Made by a program: the position numbers and the translations under genes
Shown here: one piece after another, positions 17,465-26,614 of the stretch
Position numbering within the stretch: the stretch's first letter is position 1
Layout: each line of letters starts with the position of its first letter
The notes under the pieces: generated by a model
The model's database searches: none
What the model saw: only the letters and a program-made list of their open reading frames with translations
Told to the model about the DNA's origin: nothing
Source of the DNA: Thermodesulfovibrionales bacterium
Lineage (GTDB): Bacteria > Nitrospirota > Thermodesulfovibrionia > Thermodesulfovibrionales > SM23-35
Direction: 5' to 3'
Length of the DNA: 64,000 bases
Assembly: GCA_041658585.1 (NCBI GenBank)
Contig: JBAZZX010000002.1
Location: 4,704-68,703 of the forward strand

Positions 17465-18463
17465 TTAACAGATTCTCGGCAATTGGTCTCCGGAGAGCAT
17501 ATCTATCATCCTTGTGCCGCCGATTACTGTCTTTAATAGAATCATGCCTTTGGGTTTTTTCTCAACCTCTCCGATGATGCAGGCTTCCCGTGCCAATGGA
17601 TTCTTCCTCATGGTTTTGACAAGCGGCTCTGCTACGTCACTGCTTACTATTGCAATCAGTATTCCTTCATTGGCAACGTAAAGAGGGTCAAGGCCAAGTA
17701 GTTCACAGGCGCCTTTAACACCGGATGGCACCGGTATGGCATTTTCATGAATAGTAATACAATACCCTGAATCTACTGCGATCTCCTTAAGGGTTGTTGC
17801 AAGACCTCCTCTGGTAGGGTCCCTCATGGCGTGTATTTTCTTTGTTTTTCTCAGCATCTCACGGACAAGACCGTTCAGAGGCGCTGTATCGCTTAAAACT
17901 GGAGGATTAAAGGTAAGTCCGTTTCTTTCCGCGATAATCGAGATACCGTGGTTTCCGATAGGACCGCTCAGGATAACCTTGTCAGTCGGCTTAACTCTTA
18001 AAGGAGATACGTCAACACCTTCATCAATCACTCCGATACCTGAAGTATTAATAAAGATACCGTCGCCTTTTCCTTTGTTGACTACTTTTGTATCGCCGGC
18101 TACTATTTTTACTCCTGCCTTTTGCGCCGCCTCGGACATGGATGAAAGTATCTTTTTTAGATCTTTAAGGGGGAACCCTTCCTCAAGAATAAGGCCTGAT
18201 GAAATATATAGTGGTTTTGCTCCTACCATGGAAAGATCATTTACCGTTCCGTAGACGGCAAGCTCTCCGATGTTGCCCCCGGGGAAAAATACGGGTGATA
18301 CGACATAGGAATCGGTTGTAAAAGCCATTTTCCCTTTGTTAATTGCTTTTAGTATTGCAGAATCATTGAGTGCTTTGAGTTCAAATTCAGGGACAAAATG
18401 CTCCCTGATTAGTTGATACATTAATTTTCCCCCGCTGCCATGACCAAGCAGAATACGCTCCAT
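17465..18463 (-). CDS. hypE: Hydrogenase maturation protein HypE
   Basis: PurM-like fold sequence with the diagnostic C-terminal ...DQLPRIC. Confidence 0.92.
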   Translation of the reverse strand: MERILLGHGSGGKLMYQLIREHFVPEFELKALNDSAILKAINKGKMAFTTDSYVVSPVFFPGGNIGELAVYGTVNDLSMVGAKPLYISSGLILEEGFPLKDLKKILSSMSEAAQKAGVKIVAGDTKVVNKGKGDGIFINTSGIGVIDEGVDVSPLRVKPTDKVILSGPIGNHGISIIAERNGLTFNPPVLSDTAPLNGLVREMLRKTKKIHAMRDPTRGGLATTLKEIAVDSGYCITIHENAIPVPSGVKGACELLGLDPLYVANEGILIAIVSSDVAEPLVKTMRKNPLAREACIIGEVEKKPKGMILLKTVIGGTRMIDMLSGDQLPRIC

Positions 18464-18516
18464 GAGTTAATCCCTCCGTTTAAAATTCTCTATATTTACA
18501 AAATCCATTAATGATT

Positions 18517-18646
18517 GAGGCTCTTGCAAATGTCTTGAAAAGATCAAAATGTCATGGTGAGCCTGTCGAACCATGGCAATAATTCAACTTCTTACAGCAC
18601 CCTTCGACAAGCTCAGGGTGACAAAAAGGACTTTTGCAATAAGCTC
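18517..18646. mobile_element. Family-A MITE-like element, complete 130-bp form
   Basis: Near-identical to 54836..54965. Terminal repeats are gaggctcttgcaaatgt ... acttttgcaataagctc. Confidence 0.8.
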
Positions 18647-18740
18647 GATTATATAATCAAATAATGTTAAATGCTATTTTAACATATTTATGGTCTCAGA
18701 ATTGAACAGACATTGACTATACCACTCCCTGCTAATTTGC

Positions 18741-18809
18741 CTTCCTTCGACAAGCTCAGGATGACACGATTGGAATGACATGTGTCATGGTGAGCCTGTC
18801 GAACCATGG
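18741..18809. repeat. Family-A hairpin arms
   Basis: ccttcgacaagctcaggatgac ... gtcatggtgagcctgtcgaaccatgg. Confidence 0.65.
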
Positions 18810-18912
18810 CTCCGCTTTACAAAAGTGCGGTTATGATTGGTATTATATATTTTTCGTTTGCCTACTCCCCCGAATCCTTGAACCCTTTTTTATGTTCCTT
18901 GAACCCTGTCTT

Positions 18913-19542
18913 TTACGGCGGTATCCAGATATCTGAAAGAAACAACGGCAGCTCGGCTGCGCATACCGGCCCTACCCTTGCGTTCCATCCAGTCAGGGTT
19001 TCTATCTCATTCTTCAAGGATGATGCAAGGCCGGGTATTATAAAATCTTTTGCGGTAACCTTGTTATCCATGCCTGTCTTTGTCAGAGAATTATATATTC
19101 TATCGGCCGTCAGGGTTTTATAAACCATAGACATATCCACTGTGTTCCCATCCGTATCAACAAACAAGACATAGAAGGGGCAAACTGTTGTGCTAAGGAC
19201 AGTCAGAAGGACCTGTTCCGTGTATTCATTGTTCCCGGATATAATCGTCAGAGACCTTTCATCAGGCTGATTGAGCTCTACAAGTCCGGTAAATGCCGGG
19301 CGTGGATGCGTAAGCAATGGCACCTCGGGCCATGACTCTTCAATCTTTCTGACCGCTTCAAAAGCATAAGCTTTATTCCTGCCGATAAAAGGACATTCCT
19401 GCGGGAGTTTTTCCCCTCTTTTTATTGCATCGATAAATGAATCACAGGAGGAGAACCCGCATTGAACGCAGTCATTTTGATTCAGATATCTTTGAAAATC
19501 TATTTTGTCTATATATAAATCTGCTTTTGGCAATAAGGCCAC
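18913..19542 (-). CDS. Small Fe-S protein with a CFeSP-gamma/HgcA-like C-terminal domain
   Basis: The N-terminal CVQCGFSSCDSF...ECPFI resembles the CxxCGxxxC...CP 4Fe-4S domain of RnfB/AcsC. The C-terminal half is collinear, from memory, with the HgcA/CFeSP corrinoid domain (LFVDTDGNTV..., ...RVGPVCAAELPLFL). Confidence 0.5.
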   Translation of the reverse strand: MALLPKADLYIDKIDFQRYLNQNDCVQCGFSSCDSFIDAIKRGEKLPQECPFIGRNKAYAFEAVRKIEESWPEVPLLTHPRPAFTGLVELNQPDERSLTIISGNNEYTEQVLLTVLSTTVCPFYVLFVDTDGNTVDMSMVYKTLTADRIYNSLTKTGMDNKVTAKDFIIPGLASSLKNEIETLTGWNARVGPVCAAELPLFLSDIWIPP

Positions 19543-19670
19543 CTGCTTAATACTTTTTCTTCATTATATGCAGGTATTATGATTAGGGTATATGATTGCA
19601 TAGGGTCAAATTATAGGTTTTGCCATTCATTTTGCATTGTTAATTGTCCATTGATAATTAATCTTTTCTA

Positions 19671-20738
19671 CTATTTCACCACTCCTGAATACTTGTAATA
19701 CGCCGCGCAGCTGCCTTCGGTGCTTACCATACAGGCGCCGACAGGGTGTTCGGGAGTGCATGTCTTTCCAAATAGTTTGCAGTCTGTGGGTATCTTTATG
19801 CCTCTGAGCACCTGGCCGCACTGACAGCCTTTCGGTTCCTGTGAGTCAGGGACTTGAATATTCAGTATGCGGTTAATGTCCAAACGAGCTTTACTCGCTT
19901 TTAAAGCCAGACCGCTTCCCGGTATCACGCCGATACCCCTCCAGTTTGCGTCACAGGGTTCAAAGTATTCATTGATCAGGGTCACGGCCTTCCTGTTGCC
20001 TTCGGGTTTCACAACCCTCGTGTACTGGATCTCAACTGCCGCCCTGCCCTCAACCGTCTGGGTCATAAGCATCATAATAGAGGTCAGGATATCTTCCGCA
20101 TCAAACCCGGTTACAACCGACGGTATTTTGTAATCGGACGCAAGAAATTCATAGGGAGCGGTCCCTATAATGGCGCTTACATGTCCGGGAAGAATAAAGC
20201 CGTCGATCTTTAAATCCGGAGAACTAAGCAATGCCTTGAGTGCAGGCGGCACAACTTTATGCGCGGAGTATATATAGAAATTCTTCGCTCCTGCCCTTTC
20301 TGCCTCAAAAAGGGTCCCGGCAATGGACGGCGATGTCGTTTCAAATCCGGTTGCAAAGAAAACTACTTTCTTGTCTTTATGCTTCAATGCAAGATCAAGG
20401 GCATCCATAGGTGAATAGACAATATGGATATTGGCGCCTTCGGCCTGTGCGTGAAAGAGTGATTGCCTTTTGCTGCCAGGCACCCTCATCATGTCGCCAA
20501 ATGTGGTAAGCACAAAACCGTCTGTTTTAGAAATTGCCATAGCAATATCTACATCTTTGATGGGAGTTACACAGACAGGGCATCCGGGCCCGCTGAGAAG
20601 GCTTATCTCTTTTGGTATGACTCCTCTGATACCGTGTCTGAATATGGCAACGGTATGCGTCCCGCAAACCTCCATCAACTTAACGGGTCTGCCGATAGCT
20701 TTTGTAAGGCTGTGTATCCTCTCGATTATCTTTTGCAT
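19671..20738 (-). CDS. hypD: Hydrogenase maturation protein HypD
   Basis: CGTHT and GPGCPVCVTP motifs. Confidence 0.92.
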   Translation of the reverse strand: MQKIIERIHSLTKAIGRPVKLMEVCGTHTVAIFRHGIRGVIPKEISLLSGPGCPVCVTPIKDVDIAMAISKTDGFVLTTFGDMMRVPGSKRQSLFHAQAEGANIHIVYSPMDALDLALKHKDKKVVFFATGFETTSPSIAGTLFEAERAGAKNFYIYSAHKVVPPALKALLSSPDLKIDGFILPGHVSAIIGTAPYEFLASDYKIPSVVTGFDAEDILTSIMMLMTQTVEGRAAVEIQYTRVVKPEGNRKAVTLINEYFEPCDANWRGIGVIPGSGLALKASKARLDINRILNIQVPDSQEPKGCQCGQVLRGIKIPTDCKLFGKTCTPEHPVGACMVSTEGSCAAYYKYSGVVK

Positions 20739-20772
20739 TGTCGACTCCTTCTATAGAAATATTCTAATTCCC

Positions 20773-23187
20773 CTACTCAATCCCTGCCTTTATCCTCTCC
20801 CTTATTATATACGCCTGGCCGAGAGATATTCCCGCATCATTAGTTGGGACCTTATCATGTATATGAACTTTCATGCCTTTTGACAGGAGTCTGTCAACCG
20901 TCCTTTCAAGAAGATACATATTCTGGAAAACCCCTCCGCACAGGGCCACATCTTTCAGATTATACAAGGATGAAAGTTTTTCAACTACCCTTGTGATAGC
21001 AGTCACGACAGAGTTATGGAACTTTGATGATATAATACCTTTATCCACTCCCTTTTGCATATCCTCAATGATGCTCAGCAGAGCCGGAGAAAAATCGACC
21101 TCCATTGTATCCCAGGATTTTATATCAACAGGGTAGTCATCGGCAATATCAGGTCTTGCTGCGGCTTCAAGTGCGATTGCAGCCTCTCCCTCAAAGGTGC
21201 TCTTATCACATATGCCCATCAGGGCGGATACGGCGTCGAATAACCTTCCCGCGCCGGATGAAAGAGGCGAGAACTGTTTTTTATCTATAATATTCAGAAT
21301 ATCCTTTATTTTATGCTCACCGTATCTTTTGATAAAACCTGTGGATTCGAGATATTCTCCGGTCTTGTCTCCGGCGCAGTCTTTGATATAACTTACCGCT
21401 ATCCTCCAGGGTTCTTTTAAAGCTCCTTCTCCGCCCGGCAGCGGAATATTTTTCAGATGTCCTGCCCTTTTAAAACCCTTTATATCGGCGATTAGAAATT
21501 CCCCGCCCCAGAGGTTCCCGTCCGTGCCGTATCCAGTGCCGTCGAAGGCAACCCCTATGATCTTGTCCTTGAGGCCCTTTTCAGCCATAATTGAGCCGAC
21601 ATGGGCATAGTGATGCTGGACAGGGATCTTCTTTATGCCTTCCTGTCTTAATGCCCATTGAGTAGAAAGATACATGGGGTGAAGATCATATACAAGCGCT
21701 ACAGGATTCACCCTGTAGACGTCTTTCAGGTTCCTGAGACTTTCTTCAAAGAATTGTAGTGTCTCATAGTTTTCCATGTCCCCGATATGCTGGCTTGGTA
21801 TGGCAAAACTCCCTTTTGTGAGCGTGAATATATTTTTCATGTCAGCGCCGCAACCCAATACCTCCGGCCCATCTTCATGAAGCTGAATCGGATCAGGGAC
21901 ATATCCCCTTGAACGACGGACAAAGTATGTCAGCGATTGTGGTACGCGGGTTGTCAATTGTGATTTTTGGCTATTGACTATCGACTGTTGACTGATGACT
22001 TTGACGACCGAGTCATCCACCCGCATAAAGATGTCCCTGTTGTGAACAAGAAAAGCCTCGGCAATATCGGAAAGTTTTGATACAGCCTCATCGTTGTCGA
22101 TAACAATCGGCTCCTCGGAAATATTTCCGCTTGTCATAACCAAAGCATCAAAATTAGGTACAAGGGATGAAGAGGAATAATAAAACAGCAAATAATGCAA
22201 AGGTGTATACGGCAGCATAAAGCCGATGCAGGGGTTGTTCGGAGATACTGCATCCGGAAGGTTATTCGGCAATTTTTTCAGCAGGACGATCGGCCTTCTG
22301 TTTGAAGTTAAAACTTCCTCTTCTTCCCTGGAAACTTCACAAAACTTTCTGATGGTCTCGATATCAGGGCACATGAGCGCAAAAGGCTTATTGCTCTTTC
22401 TCTTTTTCAGCCGCAGTTTCTCAACGGCCTCTTTGTTTGTAGCGTCACAGGCGATATGAAAACCGCCGAGACCTTTCACGGCAAGGATAGCTCCCTGCTT
22501 GAGAAGCATAATTGTTTCTTCTATCGGGTTTTGTATTTTGTTTGGACTTTTGACTTTCTGATTTTTAATTTTTAATTTTGTCGCCCCAGGCGACTCGCTG
22601 AGGTGAGATTTCTGAATTTTATATTTCAATTCAACCTTCGGCCCGCATACAGGGCATGCATTAGGCTGAGCATGAAATCTCCTGTCCTGCGGGTCATGGT
22701 ATTCTCTGCTGCAATCAGAGCACAATTTAAAAACCGACATCGTGGTATTTGGTCTGTCATATGGGACCGATTTTGTTATTGTATATCTCGGCCCGCAGTT
22801 GGTACAGTTTATAAACGGATACAGATATCGCCTGTCATGTTCATCGAGCATCTCCCGGAAGCAGTCTTTGCATATGGACACATCCGGAGAAACAAGGGTG
22901 AAGCTGCCCTCGTCCCTGCTTTCTCTTATCTCGAAATCCTTATAGCCTTGATAGGGGATTGAGACGACCTCTACGCTCATTATCTGCGACAAAGGCGGAG
23001 CGTCTCTGGTGAGCCGGTCAATAAAGGCGCCGCTTTCCTTGCCTTCTATCTCGATCATAACGCCTTTTGACGAGTTTATGACAAAGCCTTTAAGATTCAG
23101 CGCGTTGGCGAGGTTGTACACAAAGGGCCTGAAACCCACTCCCTGTACAATGCCTTTAACTGATAGCCGTGTTCCGGTCCTTTTCAT
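20773..23187 (-). CDS. hypF: Carbamoyltransferase HypF
   Basis: Acylphosphatase N-terminus VQGVGFRPFVY, two CxxC...CxxCGPR zinc fingers, and YrdC and Kae1-like parts. 804 aa with two low-complexity inserts. Confidence 0.92.
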   Translation of the reverse strand: MKRTGTRLSVKGIVQGVGFRPFVYNLANALNLKGFVINSSKGVMIEIEGKESGAFIDRLTRDAPPLSQIMSVEVVSIPYQGYKDFEIRESRDEGSFTLVSPDVSICKDCFREMLDEHDRRYLYPFINCTNCGPRYTITKSVPYDRPNTTMSVFKLCSDCSREYHDPQDRRFHAQPNACPVCGPKVELKYKIQKSHLSESPGATKLKIKNQKVKSPNKIQNPIEETIMLLKQGAILAVKGLGGFHIACDATNKEAVEKLRLKKRKSNKPFALMCPDIETIRKFCEVSREEEEVLTSNRRPIVLLKKLPNNLPDAVSPNNPCIGFMLPYTPLHYLLFYYSSSSLVPNFDALVMTSGNISEEPIVIDNDEAVSKLSDIAEAFLVHNRDIFMRVDDSVVKVISQQSIVNSQKSQLTTRVPQSLTYFVRRSRGYVPDPIQLHEDGPEVLGCGADMKNIFTLTKGSFAIPSQHIGDMENYETLQFFEESLRNLKDVYRVNPVALVYDLHPMYLSTQWALRQEGIKKIPVQHHYAHVGSIMAEKGLKDKIIGVAFDGTGYGTDGNLWGGEFLIADIKGFKRAGHLKNIPLPGGEGALKEPWRIAVSYIKDCAGDKTGEYLESTGFIKRYGEHKIKDILNIIDKKQFSPLSSGAGRLFDAVSALMGICDKSTFEGEAAIALEAAARPDIADDYPVDIKSWDTMEVDFSPALLSIIEDMQKGVDKGIISSKFHNSVVTAITRVVEKLSSLYNLKDVALCGGVFQNMYLLERTVDRLLSKGMKVHIHDKVPTNDAGISLGQAYIIRERIKAGIE

Positions 23188-23258
23188 TTTTCTTCAGGGT
23201 CGATGTTATATTCCGCTAACCAGGATAATACAATAGCGAACAATACAACAATCCCTTC

Positions 23259-23300
23259 AAAAAAAAACGGGTTCAGATGTTGTTTTTAAACCTGAACCCG
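23259..23300 (-). terminator. Terminator after hypB (minus strand)
   Basis: cgggttcag ... ctgaacccg hairpin followed on the minus strand by a T9 run. Confidence 0.6.
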
Positions 23301-23338
23301 AATCACAATGTATCTGAAACCTTAGCCTTTTGAGTTTT

Positions 23339-23986
23339 TTATTTCTTCACAATTGTTAACAACCAGTTCACCCAATCGCCGATCCCTTCGCCAGTCCTGC
23401 AGGACACATCAAATATCTTCAATTTCGGGTTGAGGGACAGGGAGTCTTTCCTCATTTTTTCCAGATCGGCATTGGTATACGGGAGGAGATCAATTTTATT
23501 TAAAAGTAATGCTGTTGATTCCTGGAACATCAAAGGATATTTAAGAGGTTTGTCATGGCCCTCGGCTATGCTGAGTAGCATGACCTTTATGTCTTCGCCG
23601 ACCTTGAACTCGGCAGGACAGACGAGATTGCCTACATTCTCGATGAAAAGTATATCAATATCCCTGAGAGGCAGATCATTCATCACCTCTCTGATCATGT
23701 TTGCATCCAGGTGGCACGCTCCGCCGGTGTTTATCTGAACAACAGGTATGCCGAGGTTTTCAATCCTCTGCGCGTCATCGGTTCCGGCAATGTCGCCTTC
23801 TATAACGCCAAGCCTGAGTCTGCCGTTTATCTCCTTTATCGTCCTCTCTAAAACAGACGTCTTGCCGGCACCCGGAGCGCTCATAAGATTGATGACATAA
23901 ACACCTGCTTCCCGGAAAATGTCTCTGTTTTCGGCGGCAAGCCTCTCATTCGCCTCAAGGATATTCGTTACAACCTTAACCTTCAT
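23339..23986 (-). CDS. hypB: Hydrogenase nickel-insertion GTPase HypB
   Basis: P-loop SAPGAGKTS and ENVGNLVCP. Confidence 0.9.
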   Translation of the reverse strand: MKVKVVTNILEANERLAAENRDIFREAGVYVINLMSAPGAGKTSVLERTIKEINGRLRLGVIEGDIAGTDDAQRIENLGIPVVQINTGGACHLDANMIREVMNDLPLRDIDILFIENVGNLVCPAEFKVGEDIKVMLLSIAEGHDKPLKYPLMFQESTALLLNKIDLLPYTNADLEKMRKDSLSLNPKLKIFDVSCRTGEGIGDWVNWLLTIVKK

Positions 23987-24330
23987 TAAAAAACCTCCAT
24001 CTCATCAATATTTAGTTCCCGTCCCGTATCTATCCGCAGAGACAGGTGGCCGCATTTCGGACATGTTATGACGTACGCATCATCAACGGAGAAATCACTG
24101 CTGCATCCGTTGCAGTAACCGCTTACAGGGATTTCATCGATAATCAGAACAGCTTTCTCGGCTATGGTGCCGACCTTCATGGCTTCAAAAGCAAAAAGGA
24201 GGGAATCCGGCATTACACCGGCAGCCTTTCCTATCTTCACTTTTATTGATTCAATGCCTGTATAACCTCGCTTCTTACAGTTCTCTATAGCTATATCGAG
24301 AATACCCTGGGTTATACCGACTTCATGCAT
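23986..24330 (-). CDS. hypA: Hydrogenase nickel-insertion protein HypA
   Basis: MHE N-terminus and a CNGC...CPKCG zinc site. 114 aa. Confidence 0.9.
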   Translation of the reverse strand: MHEVGITQGILDIAIENCKKRGYTGIESIKVKIGKAAGVMPDSLLFAFEAMKVGTIAEKAVLIIDEIPVSGYCNGCSSDFSVDDAYVITCPKCGHLSLRIDTGRELNIDEMEVF

Positions 24331-24643
24331 TCTCTTCTTTTGAAAACCTCTCTTTCTCTTTTTCGTATGCCTCTTTCCCCGCTTCGATAGCCGAAGATAG
24401 TATGGTTTTTTTCTCTTCGTAAAGCTCTTTACCCTTGTCGATGCCGCTTGTTACTTTCTCTTTCACATCTTCCACATAATCCACGGCTTTCTCTTTGACG
24501 TCTTCGGTGAACTGTCTTATCTTCTGACGTGTTTCACGGCCCGACTGGGGCGCTAAAAGCAGCGCAAAGCCCGCGCCTACGACTCCTCCGAGTATAAAGG
24601 AAAGAAAGATACTACCTGTGCCATATCCGCATTCATCTCTCAT
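24323..24643 (-). CDS. YtxH-domain protein
   Basis: GGVVGAGFALLLAPQSGRETRQKI followed by a Glu/Lys-rich helix. Confidence 0.7.
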   Translation of the reverse strand: MRDECGYGTGSIFLSFILGGVVGAGFALLLAPQSGRETRQKIRQFTEDVKEKAVDYVEDVKEKVTSGIDKGKELYEEKKTILSSAIEAGKEAYEKEKERFSKEENA

Positions 24644-25041
24644 TTTCCGCCTCCTATCCTTGAAAAAAGATTACTCATTAAAACTCCCATGCCTGCTTTC
24701 ACGCCGGCCCTGAGACCGGAAGCCTTCATCGCCGCCAATGACGTTACAGTGCTTATGAGGCCGCTTACATGACTGACGTTTTCGCCTACATCTCTGACCG
24801 ATTTTGACAAAACCTTTACGTCCGACGTTACCTCATTTATATCGTCGGTTACATTTCTCAAACTCCTTAAGGTCTGCTGCAATTCCTCAAGGGTCGGGTT
24901 AAGATTGTCCTCTGTCGTTTTCAATAATTCATTGACCGAGCGGACAGTCTTCTTCAGTTCGATAATAAGGGATATAATATAACCGGCAAGTGCAACTGCG
25001 GCTATTGCAATTATTCCCAGCCAAATGTTGTTCCAATCCAT
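24640..25041 (-). CDS. DUF948-like membrane-anchored protein
   Basis: An N-terminal TM helix followed by a coiled segment. The likely ATG is MDWNNIW at 25041. Confidence 0.6.
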   Translation of the reverse strand: MDWNNIWLGIIAIAAVALAGYIISLIIELKKTVRSVNELLKTTEDNLNPTLEELQQTLRSLRNVTDDINEVTSDVKVLSKSVRDVGENVSHVSGLISTVTSLAAMKASGLRAGVKAGMGVLMSNLFSRIGGGK

Positions 25042-25108
25042 GATGATATTATACCAGAATAAATAATGAGTTAGAAGCAAATTATATTTTATGGTATCCT
25101 AATAACTC

Positions 25109-26197
25109 ATGAATGACGCTTTTTATATAAAGCGGACCCTCAGTCTTGCAAAAAAGGCCGTGGGGATGACGAGCCCCAATCCGATGGTCGGCGCCGTACT
25201 TGTTAAAGACGGGGAGATAATAGCCGCGGATTTTCACAGGAAACCCGGAACGCCCCATGCCGAAGCCCTTGTTCTATCAAAATCCGGCGGAAAGGCTGCC
25301 GGCGCAACATTGTATGTGAATCTCGAACCCTGCTGCCATACCGACAAAAGGACCCCGCCGTGTACAAAGGCCATCATCAATGCAGGCGTCAGGAGGGTGG
25401 TAGCTGCAATGACTGATCCGAATCCCAGGGTGTCGGGCATGGGGCTTAGGGAGCTTGCAAAGGCAGGGATAGAGGTTACGTCAGGCATCCTTGAACAAGA
25501 AGCCATGCGCCTGAACGAATTCTACATCAAATATATAACCACAGGGAAACCCTTTGTAATTCTGAAAGCAGCCATGACCCTTGACGGCAAAATCGCCACT
25601 CCGGAAGGCCGGTCAAAATGGATTACAGGTGAAAAGGCGCGAAGGACCGTGCACCGTTTGAGAAGTAGTGTGGACGCCGTTATGACTGCTATCGGTACGG
25701 TAAAAGCCGATGACCCCGGTCTAACAGCAAGGATTAAAGGCGGCAAAAATCCAATACGGATCGTTATAGATCCAAACCTCGAAACACCTCTCAACTCAAA
25801 AATCCTGCAGACTCCTCCGGAAACAATTTTTGTCGCAAACGAAAACAGCAATAGACAACGGTATTCTGAAATACCGGGCATTCACATAATCTATTTCAAA
25901 AATAAACTTGATTTGCATTGGCTGCTCGCAAAACTCGGGGAACGGCAGATTACATCAGTGCTGACAGAAGGAGGTTCGTCCTTAAACGCCCATGCCCTCG
26001 AAGACGGGATCGTCGACAAAGTCATGTTCTTCATTGCCCCCAAAATCATCGGCGGAAAAGACTCGTTTCCAGTCGTGGGAGGAAAAACCTTCAGAAGACT
26101 CGAAGAAGCCCATGCCATAAAGGATGTAACGGTAAAAAAACTCGGGGAAGATATACTCGTAGAGGGGTATATCAAAAACTGCGAATGTCCAAAATAA
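25109..26197 (+). CDS. ribD: Riboflavin biosynthesis deaminase/reductase RibD
   Basis: HAEALVL and LEPCCHTDKRTPPC deaminase motifs plus a reductase half. The last 8 codons lie in MITE sequence. Confidence 0.9.
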   Translation: MNDAFYIKRTLSLAKKAVGMTSPNPMVGAVLVKDGEIIAADFHRKPGTPHAEALVLSKSGGKAAGATLYVNLEPCCHTDKRTPPCTKAIINAGVRRVVAAMTDPNPRVSGMGLRELAKAGIEVTSGILEQEAMRLNEFYIKYITTGKPFVILKAAMTLDGKIATPEGRSKWITGEKARRTVHRLRSSVDAVMTAIGTVKADDPGLTARIKGGKNPIRIVIDPNLETPLNSKILQTPPETIFVANENSNRQRYSEIPGIHIIYFKNKLDLHWLLAKLGERQITSVLTEGGSSLNAHALEDGIVDKVMFFIAPKIIGGKDSFPVVGGKTFRRLEEAHAIKDVTVKKLGEDILVEGYIKNCECPK

Positions 26198-26328
26198 ATC
26201 TATTTAACTCGATAAATTTATTTAAAAAGATATTCCATGGTAATTGCATAAAAATAATTTGGTAACACATCTATATAAGTACACTATGGTATCGAAAACT
26301 AAATTTATTTTGGACATCCGCAGTTTTT
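26174..26328. mobile_element. Family-B MITE-like element
   Basis: Terminal inverted repeats aaaaactgcgaatgtccaaaataaat ... atttattttggacatccgcagttttt. A reverse-complement copy lies at 59291..59445. Confidence 0.8.
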
Positions 26329-26377
26329 CAGACAGTTTAATTGAATTTTTCGGATTAAACTAAAATAACTTCTCAAA

Positions 26378-26547
26378 ATGAAAGGCAGATATGATAAAAA
26401 AAGCTTTTAGGCGACTCCTTAATGCACTATTAACACTGTTCGATATGCATTTATCTAAAATACACATTATGTTAAAAGTGCCGTCAGGTGAATATGGATT
26501 ATCTTTTGTCGCGTTCTAAATGTTTTTTTATCATATCTGCCTTTCAT
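26378..26547. mobile_element. Family-C MITE-like element
   Basis: atgaaaggcagatatgataaaaaa ... ttttttatcatatctgcctttcat. Other copies lie at 29327..29493 and 61450..61616. Confidence 0.8.
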
Positions 26548-26583
26548 GCTATGCGACTGATGAGTTAATTATCCAAATCATCG

Positions 26584-26612
26584 TTGACATATCCGCCGGT
26601 TACTGGTAAATT
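26584..26612 (+). promoter_or_regulatory. Sigma-70-type promoter immediately abutting the start codons
   Basis: TTGACA, a 17-nt spacer, TAAATT. ATGs lie at 26615 and 26621. Confidence 0.45.
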
Positions 26613-26614
26613 GA

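Noticed and set aside
21950-22600. Low-complexity stretches inside hypF (ttgactatcgactgttgactgatgactttgac and ttttaatttttaattttg) that looked like inserted repeat DNA.
   Set aside because: The reading frame stays open. The stretches encode Ser/Gln/Lys-rich linkers between recognised HypF domains and have no inverted termini or copies elsewhere in the window. They are probably lineage-specific linkers.
25042-25108. An FMN riboswitch upstream of ribD.
   Set aside because: The gap between the divergent genes is only ~67 bp, too short for the aptamer. None of the conserved FMN-element segments were recognised.
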